Source: Schmidtea polychroa (taxonomy: Eukaryota). From it: 63,879 nt of DNA. The notes beneath the pieces are model-generated. The model was given only the letters and a program-made list of their open reading frames with translations. It made no database searches and was not told the DNA's origin. Position numbers and translations under genes: made by a program. This document shows positions 48,644 to 59,899 of this stretch, piece by piece (the stretch's first letter is position 1; every line of letters starts with the position of its first letter). The stretch spans positions 149,234,001 through 149,297,879 of the forward strand of contig CM097885.1 in NCBI GenBank assembly GCA_044892525.1. The letters are read 5' to 3'.

Positions 48644-51169
48644 TTGAAAGAAGAAGAATTAAAAGTTGCAAAGAAAGGAAGACGAACTATTAAACCCACG
48701 CAAGCACAAGAAATCGAAAAGCAAAATCAAAAAGACATCTCAAAGACCAAAAGTCGATCCATAAAAGGAAGCAGTGAAAAGGATTTCGAAAACAATAAGC
48801 CAAGAAGCGTAATACGCGTATCAGAACCTCAGGCAGGAAAAACTCTATCTGAAAACAGAAATAATAAAAGTGACATAAACCTAATAAAAGAAAAGGCAAA
48901 CGGAAAAGGAATACAATTTGAGATGGTAGATACAGCAGCCCAAATAGAAGCGATCAACAAGAAACTCAGTGAAATGGAGATACTCAATTTCCAGGGAAAA
49001 TATAATGGCGAAAAATACGATGGAAAACCGAACAAACTATCAAACTTCGTCCAACACTTCGAATCTTATTGCGATGCTCTAAAATGGACACCCGAAATGA
49101 TAGTGAGAAGACTCCCACTATATCTAGCAGACGACGCGTTTAATTGGTACGTTGGAATGAAAGAGTGTACAATCCCACTAAAAACCTGGAAAGAAATTAA
49201 GGAAGCTCTGATAAAAACATTTGGTGAACCAAAAGATCCACAATACAAATTTCTAGAATTTTTCAATCGAGGACAAGCAGTGAATGAATCAAATATACTT
49301 TACGCAAGGGCACTAAGACGTCTAGCCAAACCGCTATTCAGTGAAAAGGATATGGAAACACAACTAGTAACCCAATTTGTAAAAGGATTGCGACGAGATG
49401 ACATTAAAGGTGTAGTCGGATGCAAAATCTGCAAGACGCTGAACGAAGCAGTAGAGGCAGCGAATGTAAGCGAAATGTACACCAAAGTAACACAACCACC
49501 AAGTATGAGGCATACCGCAGATAATCAACCCCAACACCACAAACAGTGGAGTCATAACAACAATGATCGAAGAAACGAAAATGACAACAAAAGCAAGAGG
49601 TTGAATAATAGAAACATTGGAAAGTTTTGTAATAACTGCAAGAGACAAGGACACTGGCTCGATGAATGTCATGGGCAAAGAAGATGTTAGAATTGCGATC
49701 AGAAAGGACATACCGCAGTAAGATGTGGGGTATCCAAAAAATGTTTCTCGTGCGGACAAGGAGACCATCTAGCAGTTGCATGTACGAATAAAAGAAACCA
49801 ACAATGGAGTGACAATAGGGATACGTCAGCAAAGCAACTAGCTGAAATACAAAATCAAATAACAATTCTCACAGGACTGTGCAGTAACATGATCGATTAT
49901 CAGTTTCAAGCGGAAGGAAAACAACAATCAAGAATAAATGTATTACAATGTGTGGGAGGCACATTACAAATTCAAAATATCCGAACAAAACAACAACGAG
50001 AATGGAATACCTTACAGATCGCGGAAGCACGAGAAGCGGAAGAAAGATGGAGTAAACGAAAAGAACCTCAGGCAAGAAGAGAAGAAAAATATTGGAGATC
50101 GAGAAAGGAAGAACTTTTAAAAATGGATATAATGAGACTAACCACCAACGACAACCAGAAGGAAAAGATAGAAAGAATGTGGGAAAGAGAACAAGAAAGA
50201 GTAATACAAATCAATATGATGGGAATGATAACGAGCAACGAAATAGATTTACAAAAAATTCCGGACTCAAGGATCGAAAGCGAAATAATTGAAAAACTGG
50301 AACAGGTAATATTAGACCATCAAAACATCAAACCATTTGAGGACAATCAGAGAGATTATACCGGCATCGATAGTCAGGTTGGAATTGCAGTAATCCCGGA
50401 AAAGCGCGAATCGGAGAATGGCGAAAATCACGAAAAACGAAATAATGAAAAAACGCAAGAAAAGTACCATGACATAAACACGTTAAAAACTGAAAGCGAG
50501 TGCGAACCAGATATCGAATGGGACGCAAGTACAAACAATTACGGGAACGAATACCAACCACAAGGACATAATGGGCGCTATCGGTTCTTCGATAAGACGC
50601 ATGGGAATTGTCAGAAAAATGAGCACGGAAAAAATAAATGTCGCCGCATAAAAAGGTGTTACGAATGTAAAAGAACTGGACATTTGGTCAATAACTGTCC
50701 GAATGGGACCAATCCAGTGAGAGATCAGTCACGAGAATACGCCACAGAACAAAACAATAAAAACTATGTCGAAAACAGAATTTGTCAGCCAGGGATACGA
50801 AAACATCAATCTCCAATGTTAATAAAACAACAGTCGACAAATGTACAGAGACGGACAAATGACGTGAAGGAACAGGTGAAACCCAACGCATACGAGGAAT
50901 TGAGGAGACAATGTGTGGAACAGTGCAGGTTAATAATGGAACTGGTTGTAAAAGAAACGAGACAGGATGAATTGATAATGATATGGAGAAAAGTTGCAGA
51001 AAATAAAACAAGAGAAAATGAGGTACTTAAGACAACGATACTCCGACTAAAAGAAGAAGCAAGGTCAGCCGAATTAAGAATCAATGAAATAACGAGTAAT
51101 CGAAAAAAAATGCAAAGATGGGGCAGAAGAGACACAAATGGTGACGGCCAAGGAAAAGAAGAAGGGTAG
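48644..51169 (+). CDS. gag: Retrotransposon Gag (capsid-like domain plus four CCHC knuckles and coiled-coil tail) with one in-frame TAG at 49688-49690
   Basis: YDG..FVQHFE..LPLYLADDAFNWY..TWKEIKEALIKTF..QFVKGL (Ty3 gag-like). Knuckles CNNCKRQGHWLDEC, C*NCDQKGHTAVRC, CFSCGQGDHLAVAC and CYECKRTGHLVNNC. ORFs 48644-49690 and 49889-51169 are the same frame. First ATG is 48923 (48644 is TTG). Confidence 0.9.
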
Positions 51170-52203
51170 TCCAAAGGATGTGGCGGAAATTAAAGAGGAA
51201 GTGTAGATGAAAATAGTAAAAAGGAAGTGAACATATGTAAAAATTGATGTATAAATAGCAAATTAAATGTACTAGATGTATAGGTATAAATTGATGTATA
51301 ATGTGGCAAAAGATCGATGTATAAATAGAAATGGATCAAGTAATCAGTTGGAAAAATACTAAATTTGAACCCTTACAATGGTAAAGGAGAACAGAGGCTC
51401 AAATGAGAAGAAAGAATATAAATCCAGAAGAAAGATAAAAGTACAAACCCAGAAAGAATGAGTTAAACGAATATCGAAAAGTAATATCTAATTTGGAACC
51501 CAAAACTAAGGAGAACGGTAAAAGATCCTGATAAATGAGACGAAAGTCACAGCCCCAGTGACATTGGAAAGTTAGTCAAATCAAGCTAACTAAGACGCAA
51601 ATCGAAGATAATTTGAGTTACCCATTAGAGAAAGAAAATTCCTTAATAAGAGCAATACCGTAAACAAAAACCACCGAGAAAAACCAAAAGAAAAATCTAT
51701 GTGTCAAATCACCCAGTTAAACAAAAGTCCCGAAGACCCTTGAGCAAGGTCTGTTAACTACCATCAAATGATCCAGAAAACCGGAATCCCAGCCTAAAAA
51801 TTCAAAGAGAATCAGGGAACAACAGTCAAACCCTGATAGAGAAAATCCTATGATCTTCAGTAAATATTACGAGCTAACTATGAAAATCAACAGCAGGGAC
51901 CAAACATGCCTACACAACCCAGACGAAAGATCGAAAACCGAGCCCAGAAACGAGAGAAACAACCAACTGATGAATTTATCCAGAAATAAAACTTTTGCAT
52001 ATGACTCGTACTTGAGTTTGGACACTGTATTAGTATGTATATGTATTATGACCAGTCACTGTATGTGGCAACTGCTTGAATTTGAGCTTAGACCTTTTTC
52101 TGCTAATTGAATTCTAACATGTCTTAAGCTATTATAGTATGTTTATAGGTTAATGGGAATGTAATAGACTATGACCTGGGAAATTCATATGTCTAACAGA
52201 ATT

Positions 52204-52237
52204 GCGGGACGCAATTTTAACGGGTCCCGGAGTGATT
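52204..52237 (+). promoter_or_regulatory. Atypical PPT region before the 3' LTR
   Basis: GCGGGACGCAATTTTAACGGGTCCCGGAGTGATT resembles the GGGAC..TTTTAAGGGGGG pattern of gypsy PPT regions but is pyrimidine-interrupted and can form a CGGGAC/GTCCCG hairpin. Confidence 0.45.
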
Positions 52238-53780
52238 TGTTGGGCTGAAGCCGAGAACTGAGAGTTTGTTTTAATCGATCGAAAATACCTAACACAAAAA
52301 CCGCAAAGTTGAAAAATTTATGACCAAGGTTTAATTTAAAATAAATGAAATAAATTACATCACATATTAAGAACCAATAAACCCCGTATAATAGAATAAG
52401 AGATAAATAAATTTAACAAAAAATTCAACACTTAAAAATTTAAATAGAAAAATAATAAAATATAAAATAGAATTAGTTGAAAATTATTTAAACAATATAA
52501 AAATTAAATCGTCAAAAATAATAAAATTAGTTAGCATTATATAAATTGTAAAGTTTATAGAATTAAATGGTTATTTAACTTATTAAATTTAAAGAATAAA
52601 AATGTTTAAATTAATAAAAATTAATATAACTCAAATTATTTAAATTATAAAATTTATAAAATTAAAATTAATAAAAATTAAATAAGAAATTAATTAAATT
52701 TATTGAATTAAAACAAATAAACAATTGCACACACTCATGCAGGTATGCAAGACTAATTAAAAATTTCTCGCACTCTGATTGGATAGAGTGGCAGCAAATG
52801 CATGAAAAATCAGTATAAATACTGATCACAAATTCATTTAAGACTACTTTTTCTCTAACATCAAAATTTAGTTGTAGCCAGTGAAGCTCTCAGTTTTCGA
52901 TTTTATGCCCACGTGGATTTGGTAATTTATTTTTTATTGTTGTAGTAATTTTATGAGATGATTAAATTTAATATGCAATAAAATTTTTAGTTAAATTTTC
53001 TTTTGTTATTTTCTTTTAATTGTTTAATTTCATTTAGTTGCAGATATTAAATAATAATTTTTATTGTGTTCAATTTTTATACTAACTGATTACGAACGTT
53101 AGTACCGCTGAATTGAGATTCAGCATATCATGGTTTGAGGTACCTTCGGGATGCTCAGACTGGTGGGTATGCTGGTTTTTCAATCGCGCAGCTGGATTGG
53201 GCCGGAATGTGGGGGCTTCCTCACGGGTCCTATCGCTGGAAGTACTGTGGTCAAATGTAGGTTAGGACTGAGAATACAGGCAGATCCCTGCTCAAATTTT
53301 TTGAAGTATAACGTAAATATTATGGGAAGCGTGGATTAACTTGAAAATAAGGGCCAATCCCTGCTCAAATTTTTCAAAGGATAATTTAGATATTGTAGGA
53401 AGTGTAGAACAATAATTATTAGCTGGAAAATAAGGGCGGATCCCTGCACAAAATTTTATAAGAGAACAATTAGAAATACCCGTAATTGAGGACCAACAAC
53501 GATTCAAAAATAGCATACACAGTGAATAATGACGTAAGACCTTCTATCGGCAGTCTAGAACCCGAAAAGAAAATACAATGGGGAGTAGTTTTAGTAATAG
53601 AGCTCACCTGCTCATTGTTTTTTTCGCCTTTGTGTACAGTACCAACATGGTCGTCACCATGGGTACACAAATGGTTTAAATTTTAATAGTCATGGAGGTG
53701 CTTAGGAAAGAGTCGAACGATTATGATTACCCCTAACGCATTTTAAAATCTAAAAATGATACACCCCTAAGTAACCAACA
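52238..53780 (+). repeat. 3' LTR
   Basis: 1,543 bp, same termini and sequence as the 5' LTR; followed by TSD ATCT. Confidence 0.96.
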
Positions 53781-54420
53781 ATCTATACAATCGTTACATA
53801 CATGTGGTTCGTTATCCTTGGGCTTCCTAATATTTTCAGTTGTATAATCCGTAAATTCCTCCTTAGGTTCATCAATTTCTTGAATGATTTCATCATCAGT
53901 TTCATCAAATACTGAATCTTCACTCACCTACCCAGCCTATATTTAATGCATTTGAAACAGATAATATGTCCTTCATTTTTACACCAACTATTTCCGCTAA
54001 TTTTGCCAACAAAAAGTTGATTAAAAGTTCTAAACAATAAATAATTCGGTAATTAACTAATTATATTAACCTTTTCCTAACATCATCATTAACACTAAAA
54101 CTACAATGTAAGTTTGTTTATAGAATATCTTTGTTAAAGTTTGCATGTGTTTTGCATTAATGTTGCATTTTCCTTGTTAATAAAGCAAAAAACAAATATT
54201 ACTAAATTCATTTATTAAATACATTTATTTAATACATCAACATTTATTAAAATAGTTGTGAAAGCCTAGCAGACATAATTTTCCAAATAGGAAAATACAC
54301 ATCATAATTATCAACTTTATATTCTTGGATAATTAAATTAAATAAAATTACAAGTTTTATTTGTTAGGCTCAAATGAAGCCGCCAGAAGTAGAAAATGGG
54401 GACGAATTGTTTTTACAAAT
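53781..54420 (-). pseudogene. Fragmentary minus-strand coding sequence hit by the 21-kb insertion
   Basis: VSEDSVFDETDDEIIQEIDEPKEEF..HVCNDCID continues as HVVENVIK* on the other side of the element (~32505-32532). Upstream pieces are joined by a 41-bp GT-AG intron but contain stops or frameshifts. Confidence 0.35.
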
Positions 54421-56171
54421 AAATTAAATTCAAATATCATTTTAAGTAAAATCAGGCAAAGTAGCTAAGCGAGTAAGAAAATTAAATAATAAAAAGGAGA
54501 AAAACAATAGATTAAAAACAACAGGAAACCTGAATAAGAAAATCACGAATAATGACTACAAAGCAAAGAGCCCATAAACAAATAAAAGAAAATAATTAAA
54601 TAAGATAACGAAACAACGGCCGAGAACCAAAAATAAATAAAATTTAGCATAAAAACATAAAATAAACACAAAAGAAAGTTAAAATAATAAACCACACGCA
54701 GAATTTCTAACGAAAACCCACCAAAATAAGTAAAAATATAAAAATTTAATAACCAAATAAGATAGATAATTAAAACAAATAAATAATTTGAAGAAAACGA
54801 ATAAAAACCTAAAACATAAAGAAAATAGCAAAATTACACCCCAACTAAGTCCTGATTGGACGAAAAATATTATATAAAGCGGCTGTTAAGTTAGTTCACT
54901 TAACTTCTAAAAAATTCTAACAGGTAAAAATTTCTTTTTAAAAAACATAACTTCTATAAAATTCTAACAGGGACTAGAGATTTCAAAACTCCAAACAGCA
55001 ATACCGATAACCCAAGGCACAGAGACTCATGATAAATATTCAGGAACTATATTCGAGAACTAAATTGAACATTGTAGCTTCATTCTGAGAGCATTTGATT
55101 TCGTATATTGAGTAACCGAATCGAACCAAAGTAATACGAATTATGATTTTATTTTCTTAATATTATTTTTACGATATGATAACCAGTGTAAATATATGGC
55201 TAAAATATTATGATTATTTGAATACTCTTCAATTTTCTCTTCACGGAACCCAGCGACGATACCGTCTGAATATCTGCACATGAGCTCCAATGTCATCCAG
55301 GGATTAATGATAGAGGAAAAATGCATTATTCAATTTCCAATGAGATGTGGGATGTTATCGACAGCAGTAGCAGAAATCAGGAGAATCGAATTATATCGGA
55401 GAAATGTTTTGTAATAGACATGTAGATGAAAATTAGTAATGTAGTGTTGGAAATGGCAATTCTAGCGATGAGCATCATGGGCAGACTCAGAGGGTATGGT
55501 CGCTGGTAAGAATTTATGCATATACCAATTTGTCATTTTATTATGTTTTTATAAATTATCATGACAATTTTTGAATAAGTGTCGAACCGTCTGGCGTGGT
55601 CGTCCGATAATAGTCGGTACTTGTACCGGTGGTTTTCAGGTGAACCATGAAAGGTGGTAAGACAGAGAACGATTTGACAGATTTTAAATACAGAGAGAGG
55701 AAACTAGAACATCGTATCCGTCAATTTCGAATCACAGGAGATCGTTTACATATTACATAAACATAGTGACAGTCATCCACGTAAAATGATAAACCGATTA
55801 TCACAAGTCATCTTCAACGATGTGAGTCGACCAAAACGAAGTCAATCTCTAATAATTTTCTTTAAGATTCACGGTCGAATCGAAAACTCGAGCGGCAGTC
55901 AGACAAATTAAACCAATATACATCATTAACCCAGATGTTGCCAAAACTATTTTATTCAAAAAAAACATAAAATTAGTAAAATCTTATTTAGAGTAGCTAA
56001 ATAAAGTTATTATACAAAATCAAGAATAAACAAAGAAGTTAACTGGTCAAGACTTGTAATTGTGATGTGCTAAACACATTCTTATTATAGATATCTCTAA
56101 ATAACTAGCGTATGCAAAATAAAAAAATATGTAAGGAGCGTTCTTTTAAAAGGACGGTGGCAACATTTGCG

Positions 56172-56228
<57 letters not shown>

Positions 56229-56272
56229 CGATAATAATAAATAAAGATGAAAATTCCATATCCGCCTAAATC

Positions 56273-57050
56273 GGTGAAATGGTACAAAATGGTACGGACA
56301 AAATGGTATGGACAAAATGAATAAAAAAATAACGAAATTAACTGATAGAATAACCAATAAAAATGCATTTTGATAAATACCATGTCACTTTAGATAGGCT
56401 AATTGTTATTAGAAAATTAGCTCAATTGGAAGTTTAAAATGTTAACAACCTGCATATTTAAGACAACGGCCAAATATAAGTTATTTTTAATATTTTTTAT
56501 TGTAAAAAATCGTAATCAACAAAATCAATCTACCGTGCATAATAATAATAATACACATATTTGCTAACGCGCCAGTGTACACCGGGCTAACGTAAGAGAA
56601 AGCCTGGTGAACTTCAGTCACAGGAACTGAATCTGAGGCGCATGAAGTAGATGAACTAAAGCAGATGAATCCCATACTTGAACACAGAATTGGAATCAGA
56701 TTAACAGGCAAAATTTGAAAGCCTTTTTGAAAGCCTTTTTATAGGGACTGTAAGATTATTGAAGCGTACAACAAACTGTCACATCAAGTTATTTCTTGGC
56801 TTCATTATAATTTATATATTGTCTAGATTTTTGGATTGTTTTTAATATTATTAAACGAAAGACAGAAAGAGCCAGACATTTATGCTAAATAAAAACAACT
56901 TACTTATGTGTTAGGGCAATAATTACTTAAATGCATTTGAAAAAAAAATAAACTTATTATTCTATTTGAACAAAGTTAAATCTATATAATTTAATACTAA
57001 TACCATTTAATCTTAGTACCATTTTATCCGTACCATTTTGTCCTAGAACC
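56273..57050 (+). mobile_element. Non-autonomous deletion derivative of the MULE at 24261
   Basis: Matches ~24340-24890 fused directly to ~26377-26680 through a TTC microhomology at ~56803. Retains the GGACAAAATGGTA subrepeats and the ..CTAGAACC end; no transposase. Confidence 0.88.
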
Positions 57051-57287
57051 ATCTAACCTAGTATTAATTTTTATTACTTTTATTTAAATGTTGATCAAAT
57101 CCTTCCATTCGTAAAATTCTATTTGATATGAAATATTTCGAGATGAGAGTATGACTGAAATATAATGACAGGGTCTCGTTATAGAGCGTTTGATATTTTC
57201 CATGTTTAATTAACTAACGGACGAACATACCCTAATCATTGCTTAGATGGGTATATCGTCAGGTTATCATGCATTTAATTTTCAGTT

Positions 57288-58085
57288 ATGTCGGAGCCAA
57301 ATTTACCTATTCGCGTTCTAAAACCATGTTTTTCATGGTCGGACAAGAATATGGATATTAAGAAACTACATGAGCATATAGGGGTTTTCAAAAAGCGTAT
57401 CGAAACACTAGAGCACACGTGGTTCTCCCCGCCACAAATGAAAGAAGAGAAGATGAAGATCCTCGGATTGGAACACTGCTGTGACAGTCTCTTAGAAGAA
57501 AGTCGTTGTCAGCGACTGACGATAAAGGCACAATCTGAAGCCCTGCACAAAATTTATTTCGAGTCTGAGTTACATAAACGGGTGAGAGAATAACCGATGA
57601 AAGACGGATCAAATATCTTCCCTCTTCATCATCGAATGGACGAATTCAAAACACCCGCGTCAGCAAGTTGCTCTAGACACGGACTTGAGTTTCCGGAAAT
57701 CGTCACGCCCATTTTACGTGGGGCAGCGAAGGAACCGATTCAATCTGTACCTACGCTTCACAAATCTTATAGTGGCATTTCTTCCACGAACGCCGAGAAA
57801 TCAGTCAACACGATTCCAAAAAAACTCAAACGGCCGCCGAGAGCCGAACGAACTGCAAAGCGTGGAGGAAAGATGGAGACATTAGAAGCGACGTTAATCG
57901 CGGCTCAGACGACTATCGCCAAAATAAATAGCAATCCTCAGTCAACGGTACTGCCTGATATCTTCAGAGTGATTCCCTCAACAACTGTAGTACCACCAAC
58001 GAATCCTTGGCTGCAGGTTGATGAGGATGCCCTGATGACCGAGGGAGAGATGGTAGAAACATCCTCATGTGTTGATCAGAAATAA
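57288..58085 (+). pseudogene. Unknown ~265-codon frame with one internal TAA, just upstream of an LTR (probable accessory ORF of an LTR element)
   Basis: ORFs 57288-57593 and 57597-58085 are in the same frame and GC-richer than the flanks. They are followed by a purine patch GGGCAGGGAA and TGTTGAG at 58132. Confidence 0.45.
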
Positions 58086-58131
58086 TTCGTCAAGGACTCT
58101 TGTAAATAGTGGGCAGGGAACGATTCGAACT

Positions 58132-58821
58132 TGTTGAGACATTAGAGAGAAATGATTTGATTTCGTGTTAATTAAATTAACTATGTGTCTTAATTTGTAT
58201 ATATCAATATATTTGTGATGGTATTTGACTCTTAATGGTCGTTAGTATGCTCAAACTGGCTTATTTTGATTGTTATGTCTTTCTATTTCGGTTATATTAA
58301 AGCAATATAATAACTTTAAAGAATGCTGAGGAAGTGTATGATAGTGAATATGGAAAATTGTCTGTGTAGAATGAGGAAACATCTTGTCTCATTTCCCAGG
58401 CTTCGATTTAGTACCGTTTCGAGTATCATATTAGTAATCTAGCATACCATTTGCGTATTTTGACGATACAATTATTCTCTAGGAAGTTCATTAAAGTGAT
58501 CGATTACGTCAACCAGGGAATGAGTATACCTGCTTACGGGAACAAATGGAAGAGAGATAAACACCGTCTCCTTAAACCAGAGATGTGAGAACGATGATTA
58601 GGGATAAGACCTTCTATCGGCACACTAGAACCCGAACCGTGAAGACTGCGGAGAGTAGTCCTAACATAGGGGCTCACCTGTCCACAGATTCCAACCTACG
58701 TATACATTTCCAACATGAACCATCTTCATGAGTATACGTACGGGAGATAAATCGTAAGTCATGTAGGGTACTTAGAGAAAGAAAACTGAGTATATTAATG
58801 ATCACCTTAGGTAACCCAACA
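58132..58821 (+). mobile_element. Distantly related LTR (~690 bp) sharing the U5 structured domain
   Basis: TGTTGAG..GTAACCCAACA; contains TAAGACCTTCTATCGGCA..CTAGAACCCGAA, GCTCACCTG and AGTCATG..GG.ACTTAG. The 5' boundary is inferred. Confidence 0.7.
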
Positions 58822-58861
58822 TATTTATAAAAAAATATATTGGGGGGGGGCGGAGATTGAT

Positions 58862-59230
58862 AACTTGAATTCTGTTACTTTTATGTTCCTAAATTTCGAT
58901 GGATTTTGCTAAATAATAAAAACTTCAACTCTATTATTTTATGCTTTCAAACTTCTAATTTGTTATTCTATGCCTTGAAACTTCGAATGGATTTTCTAAA
59001 ATAATAAGAATTCCAAATCTGTTATTTTATGTCTCGAAACTACTAATGAATTTTCTCGAAAAATATGGACTTCAATTCTATTATTTTATGTTTCGGAACT
59101 CTTGGTGGATCTTCCTAAACAATGAGAATTTCAAACCTGTTAATTTTAAGTTTCGGAATTATTGATTGATTTTCTCAAATAAATGATAATTTCGATTCAG
59201 TTGATTTTTATATTATGGAGCTTTTGAGCT
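58862..59230. repeat. Degenerate ~58-bp minisatellite, ~6-7 copies
   Basis: Recurring AATTCT(A/G)TTATTTTATGT..GAA..T..TGGATTTTC..AAATAAT. Confidence 0.7.
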
Positions 59231-59899
59231 TTTTTTCTTATAATATAAGTCTTCCAATTTTATTATCAAATCTTCGATTTTTTCTTGATTTTTTTTATTT
59301 TGAAAGTTCTCTATAGTTATAATTTATTTTCACTATTATTACTATATAGTTTTGTTATTTTTTAAATATACTATACATATAAAAATTATTAACAATATAT
59401 TAAAGTTCTTAATTACAATTTCCAAAAATAATAATATGACGTTATGCTCTACATATGAGACCGATGCCACGTGTAACGGTTGCATAAAGTTGATAAAATT
59501 ATTTGATTTCGGGTTTAATTAATTAGGATCTCGTTGCTACCAGTCAAACTTAAACGACCAAGACATTATCGCATGAAAATCACAATTCAACAATTATGTA
59601 AATTTAAAAATACTATAATTAATAGTTTTTATGTCTAAATTAGAAAAAAGATTATTGAGAAATTAATTATATTAATGAATTAAACAAGAAACACATTCAG
59701 TAAAAATCGAAATGTTATTAAAATTATTTATATGTTTAAATGCATTACTTATTTCTTACACGTAAAGTTAATTTAAAGCGCAATTGTCTGTGGTATCTTG
59801 ATTTGTATTTTCTTATTTCGATTGGTTCGGCATTAATTTAATATATCAATTAACTTAAATCTTTTATAATTCTTTTTATATATTTTAGAATTTATTTTC

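Larger units (their letters stand above)
32533..53780 (+). mobile_element. 21,248-bp non-autonomous Ty3/gypsy-type LTR retroelement (gag only, internal tandem arrays)
   Basis: Two 1,543-bp direct repeats with TGTTGG..CCAACA ends (offset 19,705; ORF track identical in both), 4-bp TSD ATCT (32529-32532, 53781-53784), a PBS after the left LTR, and a gag ORF. No PR/RT/RH/IN found. Confidence 0.95.
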
